64,000 nucleotides of DNA from contig OZ059895.1 in assembly GCA_964057225.1 (NCBI GenBank), positions 21,142,001 through 21,206,000 of the forward strand, given 5' to 3'. This stretch comes from Auanema rhodensis (Eukaryota > Animalia > Nematoda). The notes below the pieces were generated by a model that was not told where the DNA came from, searched no databases, and worked only from the letters and a program-made list of their open reading frames with translations. Shown here piece by piece: positions 1 through 13,300 of the stretch. The first letter of the stretch is position 1, and each line of letters begins with the position of its first letter. A program made the position numbers and the translations under genes.

Positions 1-176
1 TTTCAAAATTAGATTCCCTATGTCCATATTAGTCTAAAAACAAATTTTTATTAATATTGGTGCATGGTAACCATGACTTTGAAATTTACGTGAACTTTAA
101 TTTATGCTAATTAAGTGTACACATGATGTGCGCTTGGTATGTAACTCGCTTCACGTGAAAGATAAAGAGATGCGGT
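1..176 (+). repeat. Representative 176-bp monomer (arbitrary phase)
   Basis: The sequence restarts at 177. About 57/176 G+C in the consensus; A/T tracts and several dyads. Confidence 0.97.
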
Positions 177-1010
177 TTTCAAAATTAGATTCCCCATTTC
201 CATATTAGTCTAAAAACAAATTTTTATTGATATTGGTGCATGGCAACCATGACTTTAAAATTTACGTGAACTTTAATTTATGCTAATTAAGTGTACACAT
301 GATGTGCACTTGGTATGTAACTCGCTTTACGTCAAAGATAAAGAGATGCGGTTTTCAAAATTAGATTTCCCATGTCCATATTAGTCTAAAAACAAATTTT
401 TATTAATATTGGTGCATGGTAACCATGACTTTAAAATTTACGTGAACTTTAATTTATGCTAATTAAGTGTACACATGATGTGCACTTGGTATGTAACTCG
501 CTTCACGTCAAAGATAAAGAGATGCGGTTTTCAAAATTAGATTCCCCATGTCCATATTAGTCTAAAAACAAATTTTCATTAATATTGGTGCATGGTAACC
601 ATGACTTTGAAATTTACGTGAACTTTAATTTATGCTAATTAAGTGTACACATGATGTGCACTTGGTATGTAACTCGCTTCACGTGAAAGATGAAGAGATG
701 CGGTTTTCAAAATTAGATTCCTCATGTCCATATTAGTCTAAAAACGAATTTTTATTGATATTGATGCATGGTAACCATGACTTTGAAATTTACGTGAACT
801 TTAATTTATGCTTATTAAGTGTACACGTGATGTGCACTTGGTATGTAACTCGCTTCACGTGAAAGATAAAGAGATGCGGTTTTCAAAATTAGATTCCCAA
901 TGTCCATATTAGTCTAAAAACAAATTGTTATTGATATTGGTGCATGGTAACCATGACTTTAAAATTTACGTGAACTTTAATTTATGCTAATTAAGTGTAC
1001 ACATGATGTG

Positions 1011-1287
1011 TGTTTTTAGACTAATATGGACATGGGGAATCTAATTTTGAAAACCGCATCTCTTTATCTTTGACGTAAAGCGAGTTACATACCAAGTGCA
1101 CATCATGTGTACACTTAATTAGCATAAATTAAAGTTCACGTAAATTTTAAAGTCATGGTTGCCATGCACCAAGATCAATAAAAATTTGTTTTTAGACTAA
1201 TATGGAAATGGGGAATCTATTTTGAAAACCGCATCTCTTTATCTTTCACGTGAAGCGAGTTACATACCAAGTGCACATCATGTGTAC
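1011..1287 (-). repeat. Inverted satellite segment (277 bp, ~1.6 monomers)
   Basis: TGTTTTTAGACTAATATGGACATGGGGAATCTAATTTTGAAAACCGC... is the reverse complement of the monomer. It ends ...GTGCACATCATGTGTAC at 1287, and the forward array resumes at 1290. Confidence 0.97.
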
Positions 1288-1337
1288 TGTAGTCTAAAAA
1301 CAAATTTTTATTAATATTGGTGCATGGTAACCATGAC

Positions 1338-1387
1338 TTTGAAATTTACGTGAACTTTAATTTTTGAAATTTACGTGAACTTTAATT
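1338..1387 (+). repeat. 25-bp direct tandem duplication inside a monomer
   Basis: TTTGAAATTTACGTGAACTTTAATT occurs twice (GAAATTTACG at 1341 and 1366). Confidence 0.95.
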
Positions 1388-4300
1388 TATGCTAATTAAG
1401 TGTACACATGATGTGCACTTGGTATGTAACTCGCTTCACGTGAAAGATGAAGAGATGCGGTTTTCAAAATTAGATTCCCCATGTCCATATTAGTCTAAAA
1501 ACAAATTTTTATTGATATTGATGCATGGTAACCATGACTTTGAAATTTACGTGAACTTTAATTTATGCTAATTAAGTGTACACATGATGTGCACTTGGTA
1601 TGTAACTCGCTTCACGTCAAAGATAAAGAGATGCGGTTTTCAAAAATAGATTCCCCATGTCCATATTAGTCTAAAAACAAATTTTTATTAATATTGGTGC
1701 TTGGTAACCATGACTTTGAAATTTACGTGAACTTTAATTTATGCTAATTAAGTGTACACATGATGTGAACTTGGTATGTAACTCGCTTCACGTCAAAGAT
1801 AAAGAGATGCGGTTTTCAAAATTAGATTCCCCATGTCCATATTAGTCTAAAAACAAATTTTTATTGATATTGGTGCATGGTAACCATGACTTTAAAATTT
1901 ACGTGAACTTTAATTTATGCTAATTAAGTGTACACATGATGTGCACTTGGTATGTAACTCGCTTCACGTGAAAGATGAAGAGATGCGGTTTTTAAAATTA
2001 GATTCCTCATGTCCATATTAGTCTAGAAACAAATTTTTGTTGATATTGGTGGATGGTAACCATGACTTTGAAATTTACGTGAACTTTAATTTATGCTAAT
2101 TAAGTGTACACATGATGTGCACTTGGTATGTAACTCGCTTCACGTCAAAGATAAAGAGATGCGGTTTTCAAAATTAGATTCCCCATGTCCATATTAGTCT
2201 AAAAACAAATTTTTATTGATATTGGTGCATGGCAACCATGACTTTAAAATTTACGTGAACTTTAATTTATGCTAATTAAGTGTACACATGATGTGCACTT
2301 GGTATGTAACTCGCTTCACGTCAAAGATAAAGAGATGAGGTTTTCAAAATTAGATTCCCCATGTCCATATTAGTCTAAAAACAAATTTTTATTAATATTG
2401 GTGCATGGTAACCATGACTTTGAAATTTACGTGAACTTTAATTTATGCTAATTAAGTGTACACATGATGTGCACTTGGTATGTAACTCGCTTCACGTGAA
2501 AGATGAAGAGATGCGGTTTCCAAAATTAGATTCCTCATGTCCATATTAGTCTAAAAACGAATTTTCATTGATATTAATGCATGGTAACCATGACTTTGAA
2601 ATTTACGTGAACTTTAATTTATGCTTATTAAGTGTACACGTGATGTGCACTTGGTATGTAACTCGCTTCACGTGAAAGATAAAGAGATGCGGTTTTCAAA
2701 ATTAGATTCCCCATGTCCATATTAGTCTAAAAACAAATTGTTATTGATATTGGTGCATGGTAACCATGACTTTAAAATTTACGTGAACTTTAATTTATGC
2801 TAATTAAGTGTACACATGATGTGCACTTGGTATGTAACTCGCTTCACGTCAAAGATAAAGAGATGCGGTTTTCAAAATTAGATTCCCCATGTCCATATTA
2901 GTCTAAAAACAAATTTTTATTGATATTGGTGCATGGTAACCATGACTTTGAAATTTACGTGAACTTTAATTTATGTTAATTAAGTGTACACATGATGTGC
3001 ACTTGGTATGTAACTCGCTTCACGTGAAAGATGAAGAGATGCGGTTTTCAAAATTAGATTCCCCATTTCCATATTAGTCTAAAAACAAATTTTTATTGAT
3101 ATTGGTGCATGGTAACCATGACTTTAAAAGTTACGTGAACTTTAATTTATGCTAATTAAGTGTACACATGATGTGCACTTGGTATGTAACTCGCTTCACG
3201 TCAAAGATAAAGAGATGCGGTTTTCAAAATTAGATTCCCCATGTCCATATTAGTCTAAAAACAAATTTTTATTGATATTGATGCATGGTAACCATGACTT
3301 TAAAATTTACGTGAACTTTAATTTATGCTAATTAAGTGTACACATGATGTGCACTTGGTATGTAACTCGCTTCACGTCAAAGATAAAGAGATGCGGTTTT
3401 CAAAATTAGATTCCCCATGTCCATATTAGTCTAAAAACAAATTTTTATTGATATTGGTGCATGGTAACCATGACTTTAAAATTTACGTGAACTTTAATTT
3501 ATGCTAATTAAGTGTACACATGATGTGCACTTGGTATGTAACTCGCTTCACGTGAAAGATGAAGAGATGCGGTTTTCAAAATTAGATTCCTCATGTCCAT
3601 ATTAGTCTAGAAACAAATTTTTGTTGATATTGGTGGATGGTAACCATGACTTTGAAATTTACGTGAACTTTAATTTATGCTAATTAAGTGTACACATGAT
3701 GTGCACTTGGTATGTAACTCGCTTCACGTCAAAGATAAAGAGATGCGGTTTTCAAAATTAGATTCCTCATGTCCATATTAGTCTAGAAACAAATTTTTGT
3801 TGATATTGGTGGATGGTAACCATGACTTTGAAATTTACGTGAACTTTAATTTATGCTAATTAAGTGTACACATGATGTGCACTTGGTATGTAACTCGCTT
3901 CACGTGAAAGATGAAGAGATGCGGTTTTCAAAATTAGATTCCCCATTTCCATATTTGTCTAAAAACAAATTTTTATTGATATTGGTGCATGGTAACCAAG
4001 ACTTTAAAAGTTACGTGAACTTTAATTTATGCTAATTAAGTGTACACATGATGTGCACTTGGTATGTAACTCGCTTCACGTCAAAGATAAAGAGATGCGG
4101 TTTTCAAAATTAGATTCCCCATGTCCATATTAGTCTAAAAACAAATTTTTATTGATATTGATGCATGGTAACCATGACTTTAAAATTTACGTGAACTTTA
4201 ATTTATGCTAATTAAGTGTACACATGATGTGCACTTGGTATGTAACTCGCTTCACGTCAAAGATAAAGAGATGCGGTTTTCAAAATTAGATTCCCCATGT

Positions 4301-7300
4301 CCATATTAGTCTAAAAACAAATTTTTATTAATATTGGTGCATGGTAACCATGACTTTGAAATTTACGTGAACTTTAATTTATGCTAATTAAGTGTACACA
4401 TGATGTGCACTTGGTATGTAACTCGCTTCACGTCAAAGATAAAGAGATGCGGTTTTCAAAATTAGATTCCCCATGTCCATATTAGTCTAAAAACAAATTT
4501 TTATTGATATTGGTGCATGGTAACCATGACTTTGAAATTTACGTGAACTTTAATTTATGCTAATTAAGTGTACACATGATGTGCACTTGGTATGTAACTC
4601 GCTTCACGTGAAAGATGAAGAGATGCGGTTTTCAAAATTAGATTCCCCATTTCCATATTAGTCTAAAAACAAATTTTTATTGATATTGGTGCATGGTAAC
4701 CATGACTTTAAAAGTTACGTGAACTTTAATTTATGCTAATTAAGTGTACACATGATGTGCACTTGGTATGTAACTCACTTCACGTCAAAGATAAAGAGAT
4801 GCGGTTTTCAAAATTAGATTCCCCATGTCCATATTAGTCTAAAAACAAATTTTTATTGATATTGATGCATGGTAACCATGACTTTGAAATTTACGTGAAC
4901 TTTAATTTATGCTAATTAAGTGTACACATGATGTGCACTTGGTATGTAACTCGCTTCACGTCAAAGATAAAGAGATGCGGTTTTCAAAATTAGATTCCCC
5001 ATGTCCATATTAGTCTAAAAACAAATTTTCATTGATATTGGTGCATGGTAACCATGACTTTAAAATTTACGTGAACTTTAATTTATGCTAATTAAGTGTA
5101 CACATGATGTGCACTTGGTATGTAACTCGCTTCACGTGAAAGATGAAGAGATGCGGTTTTCAAAATTAGATTCCTCATGTCCATATTAGTCTAGAAACAA
5201 ATTTTTGTTGATATTGGTGGATGGTAACCATGACTTTGAAATTTACGTGAACTTTAATTTATGCTAATTAAGTGTACACATGATGTGCACTTGGTATGTA
5301 ACTCGCTTCACGTCAAAGATAAAGAGATGCGGTTTTCAAAATTAGATTCCTCATGTCCATATTAGTCTAGAAACAAATTTTTGTTGATATTGGTGGATGG
5401 TAACCATGACTTTGAAATTTACGTGAACTTTAATTTATGCTAATTAAGTGTACACATGATGTGCACTTGGTATGTAACTCGCTTCACGTGAAAGATGAAG
5501 AGATGCGGTTTTCAAAATTAGATTCCCCATTTCCATATTAGTCTAAAAACAAATTTTTATTGATATTGGTGCATGGTAACCAAGACTTTAAAAGTTACGT
5601 GAACTTTAATTTATGCTAATTAAGTGTACACATGATGTGCACTTGGTATGTAACTCGCTTCACGTCAAAGATAAAGAGATGCGGTTTTCAAAATTAGATT
5701 CCCCATGTCCATATTAGTCTAAAAACAAATTTTTATTGATATTGATGCATGGTAACCATGACTTTAAAATTTACGTGAACTTTAATTTATGCTAATTAAG
5801 TGTACACATGATGTGCACTTGGTATGTAACTCGCTTCACGTCAAAGATAAAGAGATGCGGTTTTCAAAATTAGATTCCCCATGTCCATATTAGTCTAAAA
5901 ACAAATTTTTATTGATATTGGTGCATGGTAACCATGACTTTGAAATTTACGTGAACTTTAATTTATGCTAATTAAGTGTACACATGATGTGCACTTGGTA
6001 TGTAACTCGCTTCACGTGAAAGATGAAGAGATGCGGTTTTCAAAATTAGATTCCCCATTTCCATATTAGTCTAAAAACAAATTTTTATTGATATTGGTGC
6101 ATGGTAACCATGACTTTAAAAGTTACGTGAACTTTAATTTATGCTAATTAAGTGTACACATGATGTGCACTTGGTATGTAACTCGCTTCACGTGAAAGAT
6201 GAAGAGATGCGGTTTTCAAAATTAGATTCCTCATGTCCATATTAGTCTAGAAACAAATTTTTGTTGATATTGGTGGATGGTAACCATGACTTTGAAATTT
6301 ACGTGAACTTTAATTTATGCTAATTAAGTGTACACATGATGTGCACTTGGTATGTAACTCGCTTCACGTCAAAGATAAAGAGATGCGGTTTTCAAAATTA
6401 GATTCCCCATGTTCATATTAGTCTAAAAACAAATTTTTATTGATATTGGTGCATGGCAACCATGACTTTAAAATTTACGTGAACTTTAATTTATGCTAAT
6501 TAAGTGTACACATGATGTGCACTTGGTATGTAACTCGCTTCACGTCAAAGATAAAGAGATGAGGTTTTCAAAATTAGATTCCCCATGTCCATATTAGTCT
6601 AAAAACAAATTTTTATTAATATTGGTGCATGGTAACCATGACTTTGAAATTTACGTGAACTTTAATTTATGCTAATTAAGTGTACACATGATGTGCACTT
6701 GGTATGTAACTCGCTTCACGTCAAAGATAAAGAGATGAGGTTTTCAAAATTAGATTCCCCATGTCCATATTAGTCTAAAAACAAATTTTTATTAATATTG
6801 GTGCATGGTAACCATGACTTTGAAATTTACGTGAACTTTAATTTATGCTAATTAAGTGTACACATGATGTGCACTTGGTATGTAACTCGCTTCACGTCAA
6901 AGATAAAGAGATGCGGTTTTCAAAATTAGATTTCCCATGTCCATATTAGTCTAAAAACAAATTTTTATTGATATTGGTGCATGGTAACCATGACTTTGAA
7001 ATTTACGTGAACTTTAATTTATGCTAATTAAGTGTACACATGATGTGCACTTGGTATGTAACTCGCTTCACGTGAAAGATGAAGAGATGCGGTTTTCAAA
7101 ATTAGATTCCCCATTTCCATATTAGTCTAAAAACAAATTTTTATTGATATTGGTGCATGGTAACCATGACTTTAAAAGTTACGTGAACTTTAATTTATGC
7201 TAATTAAGTGTACACATGATGTGCACTTGGTATGTAACTCGCTTCACGTCAAAGATAAAGAGATGCGGTTTTCAAAATTAGATTCCCCATGTCCATATTA

Positions 7301-10300
7301 GTCTAAAAACAAATTTTTATTGATATTGATGCATGGTAACCATGACTTTGAAATTTACGTGAACTTTAATTTATGCTAATTAAGTGTACACATGATGTGC
7401 ACTTGGTATGTAACTCGCTTCACGTCAAAGATAAAGAGATGCGGTTTTCAAAATTAGATTCCCCATGTCCATATTAGTCTAAAAACAAATTTTTATTGAT
7501 ATTGGTGCATGGTAACCATGACTTTAAAATTTACGTGAACTTTAATTTATGCTAATTAAGTGTACACATGATGTGCACTTGGTATGTAACTCGCTTCACG
7601 TGAAAGATGAAGAGATGCGGTTTTCAAAATTAGATTCCTCATGTCCATATTAGTCTAGAAACAAATTTTTGTTGATATTGGTGGATGGTAACCATGACTT
7701 TGAAATTTACGTGAACTTTAATTTATGCTAATTAAGTGTACACATGATGTGCACTTGGTATGTAACTCGCTTCACGTCAAAGATAAAGAGATGCGGTTTT
7801 CAAAATTAGATTCCTCATGTCCATATTAGTCTAGAAACAAATTTTTGTTGATATTGGTGGATGGTAACCATGACTTTGAAATTTACGTGAACTTTAATTT
7901 ATGCTAATTAAGTGTACACATGATGTGCACTTGGTATGTAACTCGCTTCACGTGAAAGATGAAGAGATGCGGTTTTCAAAATTAGATTCCCCATTTCCAT
8001 ATTAGTCTAAAAACAAATTTTTATTGATATTGGTGCATGGTAACCAAGACTTTAAAAGTTACGTGAACTTTAATTTATGCTAATTAAGTGTACACATGAT
8101 GTGCACTTGGTATGTAACTCGCTTCACGTCAAAGATAAAGAGATGCGGTTTTCAAAATTAGATTCCCCATGTCCATATTAGTCTAAAAACAAATTTTTAT
8201 TGATATTGATGCATGGTAACCATGACTTTAAAATTTACGTGAACTTTAATTTATGCTAATTAAGTGTACACATGATGTGCACTTGGTATGTAACTCGCTT
8301 CACGTCAAAGATAAAGAGATGCGGTTTTCAAAATTAGATTCCCCATGTCCATATTAGTCTAAAAACAAATTTTTATTGATATTGGTGCATGGTAACCATG
8401 ACTTTGAAATTTACGTGAACTTTAATTTATGCTAATTAAGTGTACACATGATGTGCACTTGGTATGTAACTCGCTTCACGTGAAAGATGAAGAGATGCGG
8501 TTTTCAAAATTAGATTCCCCATTTCCATATTAGTCTAAAAACAAATTTTTATTGATATTGGTGCATGGTAACCATGACTTTAAAAGTTACGTGAACTTTA
8601 ATTTATGCTAATTAAGTGTACACATGATGTGCACTTGGTATGTAACTCGCTTCACGTGAAAGATGAAGAGATGCGGTTTTCAAAATTAGATTCCTCATGT
8701 CCATATTAGTCTAGAAACAAATTTTTGTTGATATTGGTGGATGGTAACCATGACTTTGAAATTTACGTGAACTTTAATTTATGCTAATTAAGTGTACACA
8801 TGATGTGCACTTGGTATGTAACTCGCTTCACGTCAAAGATAAAGAGATGCGGTTTTCAAAATTAGATTCCCCATGTTCATATTAGTCTAAAAACAAATTT
8901 TTATTGATATTGGTGCATGGCAACCATGACTTTAAAATTTACGTGAACTTTAATTTATGCTAATTAAGTGTACACATGATGTGCACTTGGTATGTAACTC
9001 GCTTCACGTCAAAGATAAAGAGATGAGGTTTTCAAAATTAGATTCCCCATGTCCATATTAGTCTAAAAACAAATTTTTATTAATATTGGTGCATGGTAAC
9101 CATGACTTTGAAATTTACGTGAACTTTAATTTATGCTAATTAAGTGTACACATGATGTGCACTTGGTATGTAACTCGCTTCACGTGAAAGATGAAGAGAT
9201 GCGGTTTCCAAAATTAGATTCCTCATGTCCATATTAGTCTAAAAACGAATTTTTATTGATATTAATGCATGGTAACCATGACTTTGAAATTTACGTGAAC
9301 TTTAATTTATGCTTATTAAGTGTACACGTGATGTGCACTTGGTATGTAACTCGCTTCACGTGAAAGATAAAGAGATGCGGTTTTCAAAATTAGATTCCCC
9401 ATGTCCATATTAGTCTAAAAACAAATTGTTATTGATATTGGTGCATGGTAACCATGACTTTAAAATTTACGTGAACTTTAATTTATGCTAATTAAGTGTA
9501 CACATGATGTGCACTTGGTATGTAACTCGCTTCACGTCAAAGATAAAGAGATGCGGTTTTCAAAATTAGATTCCACATGTCCATATTAGTCTAAAAACAA
9601 ATTTTTATTGATATTGGTGCATGGTAACCATGACTTTGAAATTTACGTGAACTTTAATTTATGCTAATTAAGTGTACACATGATGTGCACTTGGTATGTA
9701 ACTCGCTTCACGTGAAAGATGAAGAGATGCGGTTTTCAAAATTAGATTCCCCATTTCCATATTAGTCTAAAAACAAATTTTTATTGATATTGGTGCATGG
9801 TAACCATGACTTTAAAAGTTACGTGAACTTTAATTTATGCTTATTAAGTGTACACATGATGTGCACTTGGTATGTAACTCGCTTCACGTCAAAGATAAAG
9901 AGATGCGGTTTTCAAAATTAGATTCCCCATGTCCATATTAATCTAAAATCAAATTTTTATTGATATTGATGCATGGTAACCATGACTTTAAAATTTACGT
10001 GAACTTTAATTTATGCTAATTAAGTGTACACATGATGTGCACTTGGTATGTAACTCGCTTCACGTCAAAGATAAAGAGATGCGGTTTTCAAAATTAGATT
10101 CCCCATGTCCATATTAGTCTAAAAACAAATTTTTATTGATATTGGTGCATGGTAACCATGACTTTGAAATTTACGTGAACTTTAATTTATGCTAATTAAG
10201 TGTACACATGATGTGCACTTGGTATGTAACTCGCTTCACGTGAAAGATGAAGAGATGCGGTTTTCAAAATTAGATTCCCCATTTCCATATTAGTCTAAAA

Positions 10301-13300
10301 ACAAATTTTTATTGATATTGGTGCATGGTAACCATGACTTTAAAAGTTACGTGAACTTTAATTTATGCTAATTAAGTGTACACATGATGTGCACTTGGTA
10401 TGTAACTCGCTTCACGTCAAAGATAAAGAGATGCGGTTTTCAAAATTAGATTCCCCATGTCCATATTAGTCTAAAAACAAATTTTTATTGATATTGATGC
10501 ATGGTAACCATGACTTTGAAATTTACGTGAACTTTAATTTATGCTAATTAAGTGTACACATGATGTGCACTTGGTATGTAACTCGCTTCACGTCAAAGAT
10601 AAAGAGATGCGGTTTTCAAAAATAGATTCCCCATGTCCATATTAGTCTAAAAACAAATTTTTATTAATATTGGTGCTTGGTAACCATGACTTTGAAATTT
10701 ACGTGAACTTTAATTTATGCTAATTAAGTGTACACATGATGTGCACTTGGTATGTAACTCGCTTCACGTCAAAGATAAAGAGATGCGGTTTTCAAAATTA
10801 GATTCCCCATGTCCATATTAGTCTAAAAACAAATTTTTATTGATATTGGTGCATGGTAACCATGACTTTAAAATTTACGTGAACTTTAATTTATGCTAAT
10901 TAAGTGTACACATGATGTGCACTTGGTATGTAACTCGCTTCACGTGAAAGATGAAGAGATGCGGTTTTCAAAATTAGATTCCTCATGTCCATATTAGTCT
11001 AGAAACAAATTTTTGTTGATATTGGTGGATGGTAACCATGACTTTGAAATTTACGTGAACTTTAATTTATGCTAATTAAGTGTACACATGATGTGCACTT
11101 GGTATGTAACTCGCTTCACGTCAAAGATAAAGAGATGCGGTTTTCAAAATTAGATTCCCCATGTCCATATTAGTCTAAAAACAAATTTTTATTGATATTG
11201 GTGCATGGCAACCATGACTTTAAAATTTACGTGAACTTTAATTTATGCTAATTAAGTGTACACATGATGTGCACTTGGTATGTAACTCGCTTCACGTCAA
11301 AGATAAAGAGATGCGGTTTTCAAAATTAGATTCCCCATGTCCATATTAGTCTAAAAACAAATTTTTATTGATATTGGTGCATGGTAACCATGACTTTGAA
11401 ATTTACGTGAACTTTAATTTATGCTAATTAAGTGTACACATGATGTGCACTTGGTATGTAACTCGCTTCACGTGAAAGATGAAGAGATGCGGTTTTCAAA
11501 ATTAGATTCCCCATTTCCATATTAGTCTAAAAACAAATTTTTATTGATATTGGTGCATGGTAACCATGACTTTAAAAGTTACGTGAACTTTAATTTATGC
11601 TAATTAAGTGTACACATGATGTGCACTTGGTATGTAACTCGCTTCACGTCAAAGATAAAGAGATGCGGTTTTCAAAATTAGATTCCCCATGTCCATATTA
11701 GTCTAAAAACAAATTTTTATTGATATTGGTGCATGGTAACCATGACTTTGAAATTTACGTGAACTTTAATTTATGCTAATTAAGTGTACACATGATGTGC
11801 ACTTGGTATGTAACTCGCTTCACGTGAAAGATGAAGAGATGCGGTTTTCAAAATTAGATTCCCCATTTCCATATTAGTCTAAAAACAAATTTTTATTGAT
11901 ATTGGTGCATGGTAACCATGACTTTGAAATTTACGTGAACTTTAATTTATGCTTATTAAGTGTACACATGATGTGCACTTGGTATGTAACTCGCTTCACG
12001 TCAAAGATAAAGAGATGCGGTTTTCAAAATTAGATTCCCCATGTCCATATTAGTCTAAAAACAAATTTTTATTGATATTGATGCATGGTAACCATGACTT
12101 TGAAATTTACGTGAACTTTAATTTATGCTTATTAAGTGTACACGTGATGTGCACTTGGTATGTAACTCGCTTCACGTGAAAGATAAAGGGATGCGGTTTT
12201 CAAAATTAGATTCCCCATGTCCATATTAGTCTAAAAACAAATTTTTATTGATATTGGTGCATGGTAACCATGACTTTAAAATTTACGTGAACTTTAATTT
12301 ATGCTAATTAAGTGTACACATGATGTGCACTTGGTATGTAACTCGCTTCACGTCAAAGATAAAGAGATGCGGTTTTCAAAAATAGATTCCCCATGTCCAT
12401 ATTAGTCTAAAAACAAATTTTTATTAATATTGGTGCTTGGTAACCATGACTTTGAAATTTACGTGAACTTTAATTTATGCTAATTAAGTGTACACATGAT
12501 GTGCACTTGGTATGTAACTCGCTTCACGTCAAAGATAAAGAGATGCGGTTTTCAAAATTAGATTCCCCATGTCCATATTAGTCTAAAAACAAATTTTTAT
12601 TGATATTGGTGCATGGTAACCATGACTTTAAAATTTACGTGAACTTTAATTTATGCTAATTAAGTGTACACATGATGTGCACTTGGTATGTAACTCGCTT
12701 CACGTGAAAGATAAAGAGATGCGGTTTTCAAAATTAGATTCCTCATGTCCATATTAGTCTAGAAACAAATTTTTGTTGATATTGGTGGATGGTAACCATG
12801 ACTTTGAAATTTACGTGAACTTTAATTTATGCTAATTAAGTGTACACATGATGTGCACTTGGTATGTAACTCGCTTCACGTCAAAGATAAAGAGATGCGG
12901 TTTTCAAAATTAGATTCCCCATGTCCATATTAGTCTAAAAACAAATTTTTATTGATATTGGTGCATGGCAACCATGACTTTAAAATTTACGTGAACTTTA
13001 ATTTATGCTAATTAAGTGTACACATGATGTGCACTTGGTATGTAACTCGCTTCACGTCAAAGATAAAGAGATGAGGTTTTCAAAATTAGATTCCCCATGT
13101 CCATATTAGTCTAAAAACAAATTTTTATTAATATTGGTGCATGGTAACCATGACTTTGAAATTTACGTGAACTTTAATTTATGCTAATTAAGTGTACACA
13201 TGATGTGCACTTGGTATGTAACTCGCTTCACGTGAAAGATGAAGAGATGCGGTTTCCAAAATTAGATTCCTCATGTCCATATTAGTCTAAAAACGAATTT

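Noticed and set aside
1-176. Tandem RNA gene unit (5S rRNA, tRNA, snRNA, spliced leader)
   Set aside because: I found no recognisable conserved sequence, cloverleaf or Pol III box arrangement. An Rfam/Infernal scan would be the definitive test.
140-176. CENP-B box or budding-yeast CDEI element
   Set aside because: There is no TTCG-N4-A-N2-CGGG match. TTCACGTG does not fit RTCACRTG exactly, and no CDEII/CDEIII organisation is present.
1-176. Assignment to a named satellite of similar length (alpha satellite, CEN178, Brassica CentBr)
   Set aside because: Only the length is similar. I recognise no diagnostic sequence and cannot run a search.
997-1302. MITE or transposon with terminal inverted repeats
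   Set aside because: The internal sequence is pure satellite. The inverted matches are breakpoint duplications, and there is no direct target-site duplication.
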